Source: Haliotis rufescens (lineage: Eukaryota). From it: a stretch of DNA of 64,000 nucleotides. Positions 12,301 to 24,523 of the stretch are shown here, in pieces (within the stretch, counting starts at the first letter, position 1; every line of letters begins with the position of its first letter). The position numbers and the translations under genes are program-made. The stretch lies in NCBI RefSeq assembly GCF_023055435.1, contig NW_025964112.1, forward strand, positions 64,046,001 through 64,110,000, given 5' to 3'. The notes below the pieces were generated by a model. The model was not told the DNA's origin. It did not search any database and was given only the letters and a program-made list of their open reading frames with translations.

Positions 12301-15300
12301 TATGCCATGCGCAGTGTGACTTTAAAACAGAAAGACCTAAAAGTCAAGCTACCTTGATAAGCATATGCACTTCCGGATTAATGACGTCACATCCGGTTTG
12401 TGAAAACATGTCTAATGCGAGACAACCTTAAGACAGAAGGTTATATGCCTCTTACCTTCATAAGGAAGTGATTTAATATGCGCTTCGAAATCCTGGTATT
12501 GATGTATTGACTGGGCTCCGCCATTTTGTTTGAAGAAAATACAATTGATATGAGAGGTGGAATCTCAATGGGAGGGACTTAGAGGGGACATAACTTGTAA
12601 TAGCGACTGGTGGCGCTACAATCGAGCCACGAAATTCAACAAATTCCCTTGCCTCGGGAAGATGCTGCAGACGAACCTCACTTGACATGTCGACCTACTC
12701 CACACTAACTGCAAGTGTCATGTCAACCTACTCCAGATGATCTAACCCCATGTGACATACAGACCTACTCCACAAGCTATCTCCGTGACTACTTACATTG
12801 GTCTGCCCAGTCCCCTGCCGGCCTTGTCATGCGCCTCCTCCCTGGTCACCCACTCCTCGTACAGTGTCTGGAACTCAGAGTTCGGGGACTTCACCTGAAA
12901 CATAGTCCCAAGAGTTCTAGACGAACTACTCAACCACAAGCCCACTGCCCTGCACAGAGCAAGGAGAACACCAACGCCACTCCATCCCACCCCACCCCAC
13001 CTCGTGTTTACCTTTTGTGTGGCCGACAATGCTGTTCTGTACAGTAGAGGGGATCCACCAATAGTGACGCTGTACTGACCTTGATACAAAAATAAGAGAA
13101 ATTTAAACCCCCCAAACCATTTGCCCTCTTCAATTGTCGATTTTGGTTTAATATAAAATATCCATATATTTAGAAGCGATTATATTGTTCATTGGTGAGG
13201 GACACAGACCAAGCCAACTATATGAGCACCGATCCACGCCATCGGCACACGATGAGATAGCTCATAATGAAGAAACTACATGGGTGATACATTTTCCCCG
13301 ATACACGCTAAGTCTTTCGACGCTCGGAGCATAAGACGCTATGTACCATCGGAGATACCCATCGTTCCTGGAATCTGAGACGCCCCTACGAGGTTAGGAA
13401 GAATGAGAACTGGTGCAACACTTTACTTCACCAAGGTTCCCCCGTGAATTGTTTACCTACGACTGCAATGTCCACGTTCAGGTACGCCACCGCCCTCGTC
13501 GTCAACGTCTTCACATATTCCTGAAATGCGAAGTAGACTTTGCACGGTCGTAGAATTCCAGCTTACTGTGTACATGGGGTTAGAGTCGGTTTAAAGCCGC
13601 TTTTAACAAATTTTCGGCTGTATCACGACGCGTCATCCTGATGGAGGAGGAAAGCCCCAAATTACAAAGGGACAAAGGGCAAACTCACCTCAACAAACTC
13701 AGTGGATCCAATCAGTCCGTACTCCTCGGCATCCCAGCTACAGAGGATGATGGACCTGCTGGGACGCCAGCTGGCTGAAGTGGAATGAGTGAGTGAGTGA
13801 GAGAGAGAAGAAGAAGGAAAACGTTAGCCACCCAAAATCAAGATGGCCGCCATTTTACCAAAATAGTCTTTAGCACTCAAGTACTCATGGAAATGAAAAC
13901 ACCCTGTTTTGCTGGATTTAATAATCGACACAAAGCATTACGTAGATGTAAATACAAAATAACAAACCAACTGGAAAAGTACTAGTCTGGATTTGCTAGT
14001 AAACTGTGTGTTGTTTGAGGGACTTGGATCAAATTATCTAGGATTGCCAAGTTGAACAAGCCTGTTCCCTTTGAGATCACATGACGCCAATAATATAGCA
14101 TGATCTCCAGGATCCGATGCTTGGTGTTAGCAAGGATTCCAAACTAAAACCGTCAAGCTGCAGGTGACAGTATCGTCTGTATTCAGCCCTACAAAACGAC
14201 GTCTGTCCGGCCGCAAGACAACAACGGATGACAGCCAGAATGATCTCCCCATGTAGTTGTATGGGGATTCGAACCAGATTTCAGTTTAACGAGCTAACAG
14301 AACTCCCTAACCCTCACCCATCCCGACTTTACTAGGTTAACGAGTGCCCCTTCATGATGGCCACGTACTGGTATTTATGGCCTGTTTGAGAGCCCGGGCG
14401 ATCTCCAACATGACGGCTGTACCACTCGACGGATCAATGGCTCCAAACACCCACGCGTCTCTATGATTACCGAGTATCACGTAGCGATCTGGAAGAGAAG
14501 ACATTAAAGCAAGTAACGTTGAATGTTGATAGAGTATGGATGATAGGTACATATGAGTGTTGAGTGAGTGAGTGGGTTTGAGTGAGTGGGTTTGGGTGGG
14601 TGGGTGGTCGGGTGAGTGAGTGGTTGTGACAACGTACCTGGCTCTACTGCTCCTTGTATCACTCCAACGACGTCAGAGATCTTGCTCTGCTTGTTTCTGG
14701 TGGACACATTCAGTCGGACGTGTCTGGAAGGACACAGGACCAGGGTTAGCTAGTTTTATCGTATTGGGAACATAAATTACGTCTTGACTGACTTGAAGCA
14801 TGCTGTTACTACAGCATGTTCTCAGATACCTACAAATGCTACATGAAAGCAGCCCCATTATATCTCACCGAACTACTGCCTAAATACAAGCCTTCCAGAT
14901 CTCTCCGTTCACAGAATAACCACCTGTTTCTAGTCCCGGAAAGCCGTCTCAAAACCTTTGGTCAGAGATCTTTCAAAGTGACATCACGAAATATGGACAT
15001 GGCAAACTAAGGCGACCTTTATTGTTTCGGAACTGCCCGTTTATGTCTGTTTTCGAGATACAGATGTCAGACATGCAGCTGAAACTTTAGTAGCATTAAA
15101 TTTGATTTCAAAGTTCATCTGATGCGACCCCCCTTTGGTTTGTCAGATATATATACAGGATTCATGGGTTAATTGAAGGCATTGTTTGCTATAATATTAG
15201 CATTATATCATTTTTATACTTATTTGCACATAACTACATTTGCAAGTGGCTAAATGTCTCATTCGTTCAATAATGTTTGAAATAATGTTTAATATGGTTT

Positions 15301-18300
15301 CTTGTTACTATAATCTAACGTACACGGTGTTATCAGTTGGTTATAACTTTCCTCACAATTGTTATTTTGGATAGGAAATATTTCAAACTCGTTTTATTTC
15401 CTGCATATCGTCATTTACCCTTTGCTGCTAAACTGTTTAACAATCTAACTAAAATCAGATCTTAGTTCCCGCTTCCGCTAAACAAAGATGTAGGGATATC
15501 GGGGCAAGTCAGAACGACCTTACACCCGACCAATCAGAGCGTCGCTTACCAGACCAGGAAAGATACTCTCAGAATGTGTTTACTTATCATGAATTCTCAA
15601 AACATTTAACATGGGGTATTCCGAACGACGGGCTTCAGGACTGAATCCATCAAAATCATCGTCTTTCTCTTGCTTCAAGGGAAAACCATTTGAACGCAGG
15701 AGACATTTCACATTACCCATGGAAGTGCTTTCAACAAACCAGGCCTTGTATTGGACATTCGAAAATGTTCTTTGTTCAATTTTCAAATTTTGAATCGAGA
15801 ATTTGTCAAAATATTTTTCAAAGCGAAGTCCGAAACTAGTGCCGTACAGTTCGAGAAAACTGCTTTCTGATAGGCTTATGTAGACTTCGTGTTAATCATT
15901 TAATTGGTCGGTAAAAAAATCGCGAAATGTCGTTCTGACGACACTTGTAATGGGATGATGTCCTCAGACCGTTGTTTTGCCACAGCGAGAACGAAGATCT
16001 GACTTGAATGAGATTGTACCGTTTAAACAATTGTAGTCATACCCTTGTCATTGATACTCATCACGTTCAGCACTAAGATTTAATGGGAAACAAATGATTG
16101 TTTCCGACTATACTTATACATATACATTGGATGCCTCCATTGGGTACAGTAGTTACCCGCGAAGATCCGGGGTAGAATAGGTCTTCAGCAACCCATGCTT
16201 GCCGTAAAAGGCGACCATGCTTATCGTTAGAGGCGACTAACGGGATTTGGTGGTCGGGCTCGTTGACTTGGTTGATGCATGTCATCGTATCCCAATTGCG
16301 TGGATCGATGCTCATGAGGTCAATCACAGGATTGTCTGGAGCAGACTTGATTATTTACAGACAGCCGTCATGTAGCTGGAATATTGCTGAGTGCGGCGTT
16401 AAACAACAAACAAACAAACAAACCAAAGGGTACAGTAGATACAATGTAAGTTGGAACCATGACACTGTCTGTCCGGCCCTGGTGTCCCCCTGTGGCGACA
16501 ACAGCATCAACTCACACGCCATCACGGAAGCTGGGTCCCAGGTTGTAGGTGACGTTCAGGAACCCCCTCCATTCCGGGGGTGCAGGGGGTCCGGCCAAGT
16601 AGCTGGAACCAGGTAGTAGGGGTGGGTGAGAGGGTAACACATAACGGCATGATAATGGTACGGAACTTGCTGTAGGGGCAAGCATGTGTCCAAGAGTGGC
16701 AAAGACATCAGACATTGTTTGGCAATGTATTTGATTCATCGGATTCTAACATTTCACACTCTTTCTTCAAAACAAATAAACTACATATTCGTCATTATTT
16801 CCAGGTGGAATAAAACACAAGTCTATAAGATTACGGTTAGTACAGATCTCTTGCATAAAAAACTATTTTGGAATTTACTTTCATGTATGACAAAAGTACT
16901 AGTAACAAGTACTGACCCTCAATTCCCAACGCAAAACTTTACCGATTTGGGCTTATTGTTGTTTGACAACAGATTTGATATTTAACACATACCTGAGTAT
17001 TTTCTCTGCCACCTCAGCATCGATGGCGTGGGCGGGGATGGAGGGCAGGGGAGGGACGACCGCGCTCTCCTGGATGCGGTAGGCAGTCGCTGAAACATAG
17101 CCTCAGTGTAGGAACGGGCTCTCTCATTCTTTCACAAACATGTTCCAATCCAACTTCGTAACATTTATTGGCCACCTATTCCCATTTCTGAACTAACCAA
17201 GATGTTTGTTTGGAGAAACACATATTCTGTGACGGCGCCATACTCTCTACGCTACCTACTGGGCCAATGGCTCGCTATAAGCTGGCGGAGTTTGAACCAC
17301 GCACCTGTTGCTGGGTACCCCGGGGTCAAAGGATCTCCATCTCCCACATCAATGGTGCCTCTCTGTGTGCCCGAGGGGGGCAGCCACCATGAGTGAGGGT
17401 AGGGGAGGGTGGTGTTGTCCGGCGCATAGTCCTGTGGGTCGGAGTAGACGATGACGCCACTAGCTCCGTGCAGAGTAGCGATGCTAACCTGTGGAGGGAG
17501 AACCAGATACAACACATTATCATCAGTGGTCTCCAGCAACACAAGCACGTTACCCAGCAATGTATGAATGGAAAGTAAACACTGTGTGGGCTGTGTACGC
17601 CTCTGTTTAAACTGACCGTATATCGCCCTGCAGCTCCGAGTACATCAGGCACTGATAGTCTATGTAGTAATTATTCTTACTCACTATATCTCCTCTAAAT
17701 ATTCTGCCATATCTAGCAAGGACGACCTTGTTGGTGACGTTGATGGAGTTGTTTGAGAGGGTGACGTAGTCCTCCACACGGCCGTAGTTGACGTAAACCA
17801 GATCACCCTGGAAACGGTAAAGAGATGACACGTGGGTCTATGGCTATACATCTTGTGACGTGTTGCTGGTGTGACGTGTTGCTGTCGTGACGTGATGCTG
17901 GTGTGACATGCCGATGGTGTGACGTGCTGATGGTGTGACGTGCTGATGGTGTGACATGCTGAGTGTGTGTCGTGCTGCTGGTCTGTCGTGCCGATGGCGT
18001 GACGTGCTGATGGCGTGACGTGCTGATGGCGTGGTGGGCTGAAGGCGTGATGTGCTGATGGCGTGACGTGCTGATGGTGTGACGTGCTGATGGTGTGACA
18101 TGCTGAGTGTGTGTCGTGCTGCTGGTCTGTCGTGCCGATGGCGTGACGTGCTGATGGCGTGACATGCTGAAGGCGTGATGTGCTGAAGGCGTGATGTGCT
18201 GAAGGCGTGACGTGCGGATGGCGTGGCATGCTGATGGCGTGATGTGCTGATGGTGTGACGTGCTGATGGTGTGACGTGATGATGGCGTGACGTGCTGATG

Positions 18301-19998
18301 GCGTGACGTGCTGACGGTGTGACGTGCTGATGGTGTGACGTGCTGATGGTGTGATGTGCTGATGGTGTGACGTGCTGACGGTGTGACGTGTTGCTGGTAT
18401 GATGTGCTGATGGCGTGACGTACTGATGGTATGATGTGTCATAAGCCAGCAATGAGCAGTAAATGTATCGCGGCATGTAAAGTCATCGATACAGGGCCAG
18501 ACAAACTGGAGTTGGATAGCATGAGAAGCAGACAATCAGGCCAGATTGATATCGATTATCAGCCCAAACTCACACTGAACGGCCTTTGTGACCACCAAAT
18601 CCTCAGTTTGGCCAGCAAGGGAAACTTGGGACCCCTTGACCTGGGATTCCCACAGTAATTTGTATATAAGAGGCAGGTGAAATATGTTGAACCGGTACCT
18701 CAGCGATTCCAGCCTTGGCAAAAGCCAAAAAAGGGGGGACAACTCCTGTTTTGTTCTCCTCCGGGGTGAGTATTTTCTCCGTCTTCGGTGAAGCGTATAT
18801 CGTGTTTCCAGCCTTGTTTATCAAAGACACTATGTTGGGGTTCTCAGTGTCAGGGTAGGACAGTAGTACGTCGTATTCCCGAGTTTGGACCTCGTCGAGG
18901 CCAATATCCCGCCAGTACTTGTGTATCCTGCTCCCCAACACCTTGTTCCTGTCTCTCCCGGCTATGTGGGGCAGCTCTGACAGCCATCTGTCAACACAAT
19001 ACATACCACAGTTTGCTTCTTCATAACTTTATTTTTAATTTTTAATTTTTACGCCGCGCTGTAAGTAATCGAGTCTGGACCTGACAAACCATGGGTTGAT
19101 ATTATGAGCAACGTCCCAGGATGACTACGTCATCAACCACGTCATCAAATCTGACCGCCTGATCTAATTTAGTCGCCTCTTTCGACAAGCATGGGTTACG
19201 GTGGAATAATTCTGGGTCCCCATCGGGGCATCTTGGAAGACAAAACAGAAGACAGCAGTAGCGCCAAGTGTCATCAGACAAATACCCCCCGGCCCCCACA
19301 AATTAATCTGGCTGTTACTTTAAGACCAACTTGATGACAGATATCTATCTAATCTGCCTGTCCGTATACCAGAGTAGCTATTGAGATATCAAAACAATAC
19401 CATGGAACTGGGATTCGGAATTTTGTATTTCTCTGTAAGGTGCACACCAATATGAACAGAGTCAAAATCAAACGTGTTGCCATGTAAACGGAAAAAATAA
19501 CTTTTTTTAAAAATGATGAATATGTGTACCAAATACGATTATATTTGCGCCCCACGTACCACATTGCTGAGTCCAGAACTCTCTCTAAACAGAACCAGAA
19601 TCCCGCGTACCAAATTGGTGAGAAGCCTCGGTCATCTCGACCTTGATCTTTACACATTCAGGTTGAAAATCTAAATTCCACCAAGCGCATGCAAATCAAC
19701 ATACATAGGATTACACGTAATCAATCATTTTTTAACTATTTTCGTGGATACTCTCTTACCTTAAATTCTCTTCAATTTTCGTTTTGTTCACACCGCTTAG
19801 AATATTTTGTAAAATATCATCTTTGAACGGGTCTGTATTCGCCTGGACAGTTGGTGGCTGTGAAGCATCGCCGCCGTCATCGTCACACAGGACGTACATG
19901 CCGATGACGATGCCGACAGCGACACCGACACAGAGGGTGAAGAAACATATGACTGAGAAGCAGCATCTGCTGGTGGGTTCCTCCCGCTGACCGGCCAT
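6386..19998 (-). CDS. M28B metallopeptidase, NAALADase/glutamate carboxypeptidase II-like type-II membrane protein, 752 aa; exons 19760-19998, 18699-18987, 17685-17807, 17305-17488, 16993-17089, 16516-16602, 14638-14723, 14369-14488, 13689-13774, 13457-13520, 13012-13079, 12797-12894, 11345-11435, 10401-10490, 9259-9424, 8120-8204, 7321-7413, 6386-6578
   Basis: N-terminal TM anchor; PA-domain motifs [28 protein letters not shown]; zinc/catalytic motifs [38 protein letters not shown]; dimerisation-domain motifs [18 protein letters not shown]. All 17 introns are GT-AG and phase-compatible, total 2259 nt. AATAAA on the minus strand at 6351-6356. Confidence 0.95.
6685..7022 (+). mobile_element. 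Family C copy with an internal duplication bracketing the exon-17 fragment
   Basis: TTGGTTGATGCATGTCATCGATC...CTGGATTG occurs twice; (AACC)n tail. Confidence 0.8.
6774..6850 (-). pseudogene. Duplicated fragment of NAALADase exon 17 plus its splice donor, lying in intron 17
   Basis: Aligns to 7306-7386 with 4 coding-region substitutions, 1 intronic substitution and a 4-nt deletion. Confidence 0.9.
7476..7990. repeat. 33-bp minisatellite TGAACACACTTACGACTGTCGTAACATTCCCTG
   Basis: Tandem copies, degenerating to the right. Confidence 0.85.
8217..8338 (-). mobile_element. SINE family B, 5'-truncated
   Basis: Reverse complement aligns to 4739-4909. Confidence 0.8.
10752..11020 (-). mobile_element. 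Family C, full length
   Basis: 13-bp TSD CGTGGGT(A/T)GTGGT; 5' end GACCCGTGAA. Confidence 0.9.
11659..11892 (-). mobile_element. Family C copy
   Basis: Aligns to 16153-16427. Confidence 0.85.
12037..12185 (-). mobile_element. SINE family B copy
   Basis: Reverse complement aligns to family B. Confidence 0.75.
14815..14980 (+). mobile_element. 3' fragment of a CR1/L2-group LINE ORF2
   Basis: Translation YKC...[17 protein letters not shown]...[13 protein letters not shown] is typical of the C-terminal end of these LINEs. Confidence 0.7.
16153..16427 (+). mobile_element. Family C, full length
   Basis: 11-bp TSD GGGTACAGTAG; 5' end ACCCGCGAAGATCC; (AAAC)n tail. Confidence 0.9.
17855..18440. 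repeat. 16-bp minisatellite TGGYGTGACGTGCTGA
   Basis: Tandem copies in NAALADase intron 2. Confidence 0.9.
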
Positions 19999-20469
19999 CT
20001 TGTCGAGGTGTTCTGAGTGGGCCCTAACCTGGACAGGTCTTCCCTGCAGCCACAATCCAGCGTTGCCCCGATACTCGCACCTGCCGTGAAGAAGAGGCCG
20101 TGTAGAGGTGACATGTCAAGTGGGTAAGACAGCTATTGGCAAATTGTAGGTTTTGTCTATTTATAATTTCTGTTTTGCAATTAGAATATATACGGGGATA
20201 TCAACTAAATATTTATTTTGAATTTGTGTTTTGTTTACGTGTTTCTGCACTTTTTGCCATGACTTTGTTAAACACGATTCTCTTATCTCGACATGCCCCC
20301 AAATATTCCAATACTACACTCGTGACTGAGCCACGTTCAGTGAGGAGGAGGATCTGACCTCTACAGACAACTGCCTTGTTGACCCATGTGTGAAGAAACA
20401 CCGCACGGGACTGAACTTCACGCCACGCCCTGATGGGTGTCTGAAGACATTATCGTCAGTCTACGTATA

Positions 20470-21750
20470 TCCTGGCATGTCCAAGCTGTTTCATATCCCT
20501 GGTATATCCTAGCTGTTTTCTGTACCTGGTATGTCCCAACTGTTTCCTGTCCCTGGTATGTCCCAACTATTTCCTGTCCTGGTATGTCCCAACTGTTTCC
20601 TGTCCTGGTATGTCCCGACAGTTTCCTACCCTGGTATGTCCCAACTGTTTCCTGTCCTGGTATATCTTAACTGTTTCCTGTCCCTGGTATGTCCCAACAG
20701 TTTCCTACCCTGGTATGTCCCAACTGTTTCCTGTCCCTGGCATGTCCCAACTGTTACCTGTCCCTGGTATGTCCCAACTGTCTCCTATCCCTGGTATGTC
20801 CCAACCGATTCCTGTCCTTGGTATGTCCCAACTGATTCCTGTCCCTGGTATGTCCCGACTGATTCCTGTCCCTGGCAAGTCCCAACTGATTCCTGTCCTT
20901 GGTATGTCCCAACTGTCTCCTATCCCTGGTATGTCCCAACTGTCTCCTATTCCTGGTATGTCCCAACTGATTCCTGTCCCTGGCAAGTCCCAACTGTTAC
21001 CTGTCCCTGGTATGTCCCAACTGTTTCCTGTCCCTGGTATGTCCCAACTGATTCCTGTCCCTGGTATGTCCCAACTGTTTTCTGTCCCTGGTATGTCCCA
21101 ACTGATTCCTGTCCTGGTATGTCCCAATTGTTTCCTGTCCCTGGTATGTCCCAACTGTTTCCTGTCCTGGTATGTCCCAACTGATTCCTGTCCCTGGTAT
21201 GTCCCAACTGTTTCCTGTCCCTGGCATGTCCCAACTGTTACCTGTCCCTGGTATGTCCCAACAGTTTCCTACCCTGGTATGTCCCAACTGTTACCTGTCC
21301 CTGGTATGTCCCAACTGATTCCTGTCCCTGGTATGTCCCAACAGTTTCCTACCCTGGTATGTCCCAACTGTTACCTGTCCCTGGTATGTCCCAATTGATT
21401 CCTGTCCCTGGTATGTCCCAACTGATTCCTGTCCCTGGTATGTCCCAACTGATTCCTGTCCCTGGCAAGTCCCAACTGTTACCTGTCCCTGGTATGTCCC
21501 AACAGTTTCCTTCCCTGGTATGTCCCAACTGTTACCTGCCCCTGGCATGTCCCAACTGTTACCTGTCCCTGGTATGTCCCAACTGTCTCCTATCCCTGGT
21601 ATGTCCCAACCGATTCCTGTCCTTGGTATGTCCCAACTGATTCCTGTCCCTGGTATGTCCCAACTGATTCCTGTCCCTGGCAAGTCCCAACTGATTCCTG
21701 CCCCTGGTTTGTCCAAACTGTTTCCTGACCTGGTATGTCAGATGTGTTTC
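20470..21750. repeat. 27-bp satellite GGTATGTCCCAACTGWTTCCTGTCCCT
   Basis: About 47 tandem copies (estimated from span). Confidence 0.95.
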
Positions 21751-21762
21751 ATGTCCTTTATA

Positions 21763-23271
21763 TACTGAACCAAATTAAAAACTTCACAATCCTAAAATTT
21801 TAACATTTTGACCAGTTATCATTGTGGGCTCTTATTGTGTATTTAAACAGTAATGGCCACATATTGTCTTCAGATAACACCCGTTTTTGTGCAGGTGAAT
21901 CGATCAAAATCATGTGCACAACACTATAGTGGCAAAGGTGCTTTTTCACGTGCAACTGGTCACGTTGCCATAATACCGCACGTGTTTTCAGCCATACTTG
22001 TTAGCAGTCATTAACAAAAAAAGAAAAACACAAGAAAACAAAAGTCTTTACGGCCATTTGTCATGCCACGCCTTTCAAATGTGCAACGTGAACGTGCCAT
22101 TGGCATGTTGCAGACGGGAACGTCCGTAGCTGAAGTCGTAAGGACGATGGGTTGTAGTCGACGAAGTGTTTATGATTTACAGACGCGTCTACAGCAAACG
22201 GGTACCACCGCTGATCGCCCTCGGCCAGGTCGACCACGTGTGACGTCACATGCAGAGGATCGTAAGAGTGTCTTACGTCACCTCCGTAACCGATTTTTGA
22301 CGGCTACATCAACCAGAAATGAACTGTTTAGGGGTAGACTGAGTGCGCAAACTGTTCGAAACCGTCTTAAAACTGCTCGCCTTCAAGCACGACGGCCATA
22401 CTGCTGGCCGATTCTGACTCAATTACACAGACGTCAACGTCAATTGTGGGCACAGCGACACTTACGATGGACTCAGAGGAATTGGAATCAAGTCGTCTTC
22501 AGTGATGAATCCCGATTTAATCTTCGATTTGCTGATGGTAGGGCGAGGGTGTGGAGGCGCCGTCATGAACGTTACGCCCAGCGTTGTGTACAGGAAGTTG
22601 ACAGATTTCGAGGCGGAAGTGTCATGGTGTGGGGTGCTTTCTGTGGCAATGCACGTTCCAGGCTTCTTGTCATCCGTGGCAACCTCAACGCTACTGCTTA
22701 CCGCGACCAGGTAATGGCACCAGAACTTCTGCCTTTTATGGCAGCACATGGACCCGGTTTGATCATCAAACACGACAATGCCAGACCCCGCACAGCAATT
22801 TTGACAAGGAATTTCCTTCAGAAAGCGGGAGTCAACGTCATGGACTGGCCGTCAAGGTCTCCCGGGATGCTCTTGGCAGAAGGCTGCGCACTCTCCAGAA
22901 CCAACCACAGAATTTGCAAGATCTTGGCACCATTTTGCAGCAAAAATGGTGTCGTCTTCCCAATCATGTATTCACAAGCATCACAAGGTCCATGCGGAGG
23001 GGTTGTGTGGCAGTTGTCAACGCACATGGTGGCCATACAGGCTATTGAACTTGTGTGCCATCAGATTCTCGTGCTTGGGACTTATAATTTCAACTGTTGA
23101 TGTTATTACCGAATACCGTAGGTGCTTGGAACAAATTATGGTTACCACCGTTAATTAAAATCCTTCTTTGGACATTAATGATTAAAAATTACCTTCTCTG
23201 ATACATTTGTCCGTTGTATATCATATATGGGATTACTTTTAAAAATGTAAAGTTTTAAATTTGGCTCAGTA
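21763..23271 (+). mobile_element. Tc1/mariner DNA transposon, full length, transposase disabled
   Basis: Terminal inverted repeats TACTGAACCAAATTAAAAACTT / AAGTTTTAAATTTGGCTCAGTA with flanking TA at both ends; internal transposase ORF. Confidence 0.93.
22063..23048 (+). pseudogene. Tc1-family transposase pseudogene
   Basis: HTH region, RPGRP, VFSDES, VMVWG, HDNA and WPSRSP are present. The expected DLNPIE..W segment with the catalytic Glu is deleted near 22865 with a frameshift; the C-terminus continues in the frame ending at 23048. Confidence 0.9.
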
Positions 23272-23633
23272 TATGTTCCAGATGTGTCCAGCCCTGGTGT
23301 CCTAAATGCGTCCTGTTCCTTGCAGGTTAAGCTTACACCTCCAGCATCTGCCATAGTGTGAGATATCGCCACAATCAGCACGTCTATGTTGGGGTCCATG
23401 GTTCTCCAGATGTGACTCGGGCCAACAACAAACATTATCATGGCGAAGAGGAATTACTCTATGTGGGTCAACATATGTGCTGATTGTCATGCTGGTATAA
23501 AAGGCTTCAAATGCCACCTACTTTCATTACCATCTGTTCTCCAAGACATTAAGTCCCACGCCGACCTGAGGTACGTTATATGTCTAGTGTCATTCTTCAT
23601 CATTGTTTGACAACCAACATCTACAAATCTGTG

Positions 23634-23863
23634 AGTGAGTGAGAGAAACTGCTTTAACACTGTTGTAATGTTCATGCAATATGACGGCGGTCTGTAAATA
23701 ATCGAGTCTGGACAATTCAGTGATTGACATCTTGAGCATTGATCTACGCAACTGGGATACGATGGCATGCATCAACCAAGTCAGCGAGCCTGACCACCCG
23801 ATCCCCTTAATCGCCTCTTACAACAATTATGGGTTGCTGAATTCTAAACCAGATCTTCACGGG
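23634..23863 (-). mobile_element. Family C copy
   Basis: Aligns to family C; (ACTC)n tail. Confidence 0.8.
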
Positions 23864-23897
23864 GGGGGATGCCCAATTCGTTCGCATCTTCATGCAG

Positions 23898-24210
23898 CGG
23901 GGATGCAGGGGACAGATTCTACCCCGGGTCCCCACGGGAAACACTGATGTGAACAGTGTTGCAGTTATAGCACGTCAGATTGATGTGGGTTGCTGGGGAC
24001 AGATTCTACCCCGGGTCCCCACGGGGAACATTATTGCAGTTGTAGCACGTCAGATTCATGTGGGATGCTGGGGACAGATTCTACCCCGGGTCCCCACGGG
24101 GAACATTATTGCAGTTGTAGCACGTCAGATTGATGAGGGTTGCTGGGGACAGATTCTACCCCGGGTCCTCACGGGGAACAGTATTGCAGTTATAGCACGT
24201 CAGATTGATA
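23898..24210 (-). repeat. 75-bp tandem repeat (4 copies) containing a variant of the family C 5' structured motif
   Basis: Minus-strand unit contains CCCGTGGGGACCCGGGGTAGAATCTGTCCCCAGCAACCC. Confidence 0.9.
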
Positions 24211-24523
24211 TTGGAGGAAATGCGGGTTTTGGCGTTATGGTGAACTGTGTTACTGTCAATACAGTGTAATCTTATAAAAGTCATTTCGCCGAACTTACCA
24301 ATCAGCTGTGAGAATTCCTAAAATATGAACAAGTTCCTATTCCGGATCGAACAGCCCTTCAGGGTAATGCTTGACGCTATAGTCCTAACTTGCAGTACAT
24401 ATAATACAGAAACGCTATTTTAAGTGTTTAAACATTATCAATTGTGTTGATATTACGTGTCACAAACAGAATGGTTCATCATGTTTATATCAATCGCATA
24501 TATCTGCAGTTGACTTTCAGGCC

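Noticed and set aside
15580-15786. Possible extra NAALADase exon or transposase fragment ending at a donor-like site
   Set aside because: The NAALADase model is complete and in frame without it, and no motif is diagnostic.
20437-21768. Cys/Trp/Pro-rich ORFs (similar ones at 17684-18535 and 30185-33093)
   Set aside because: Satellite translations.
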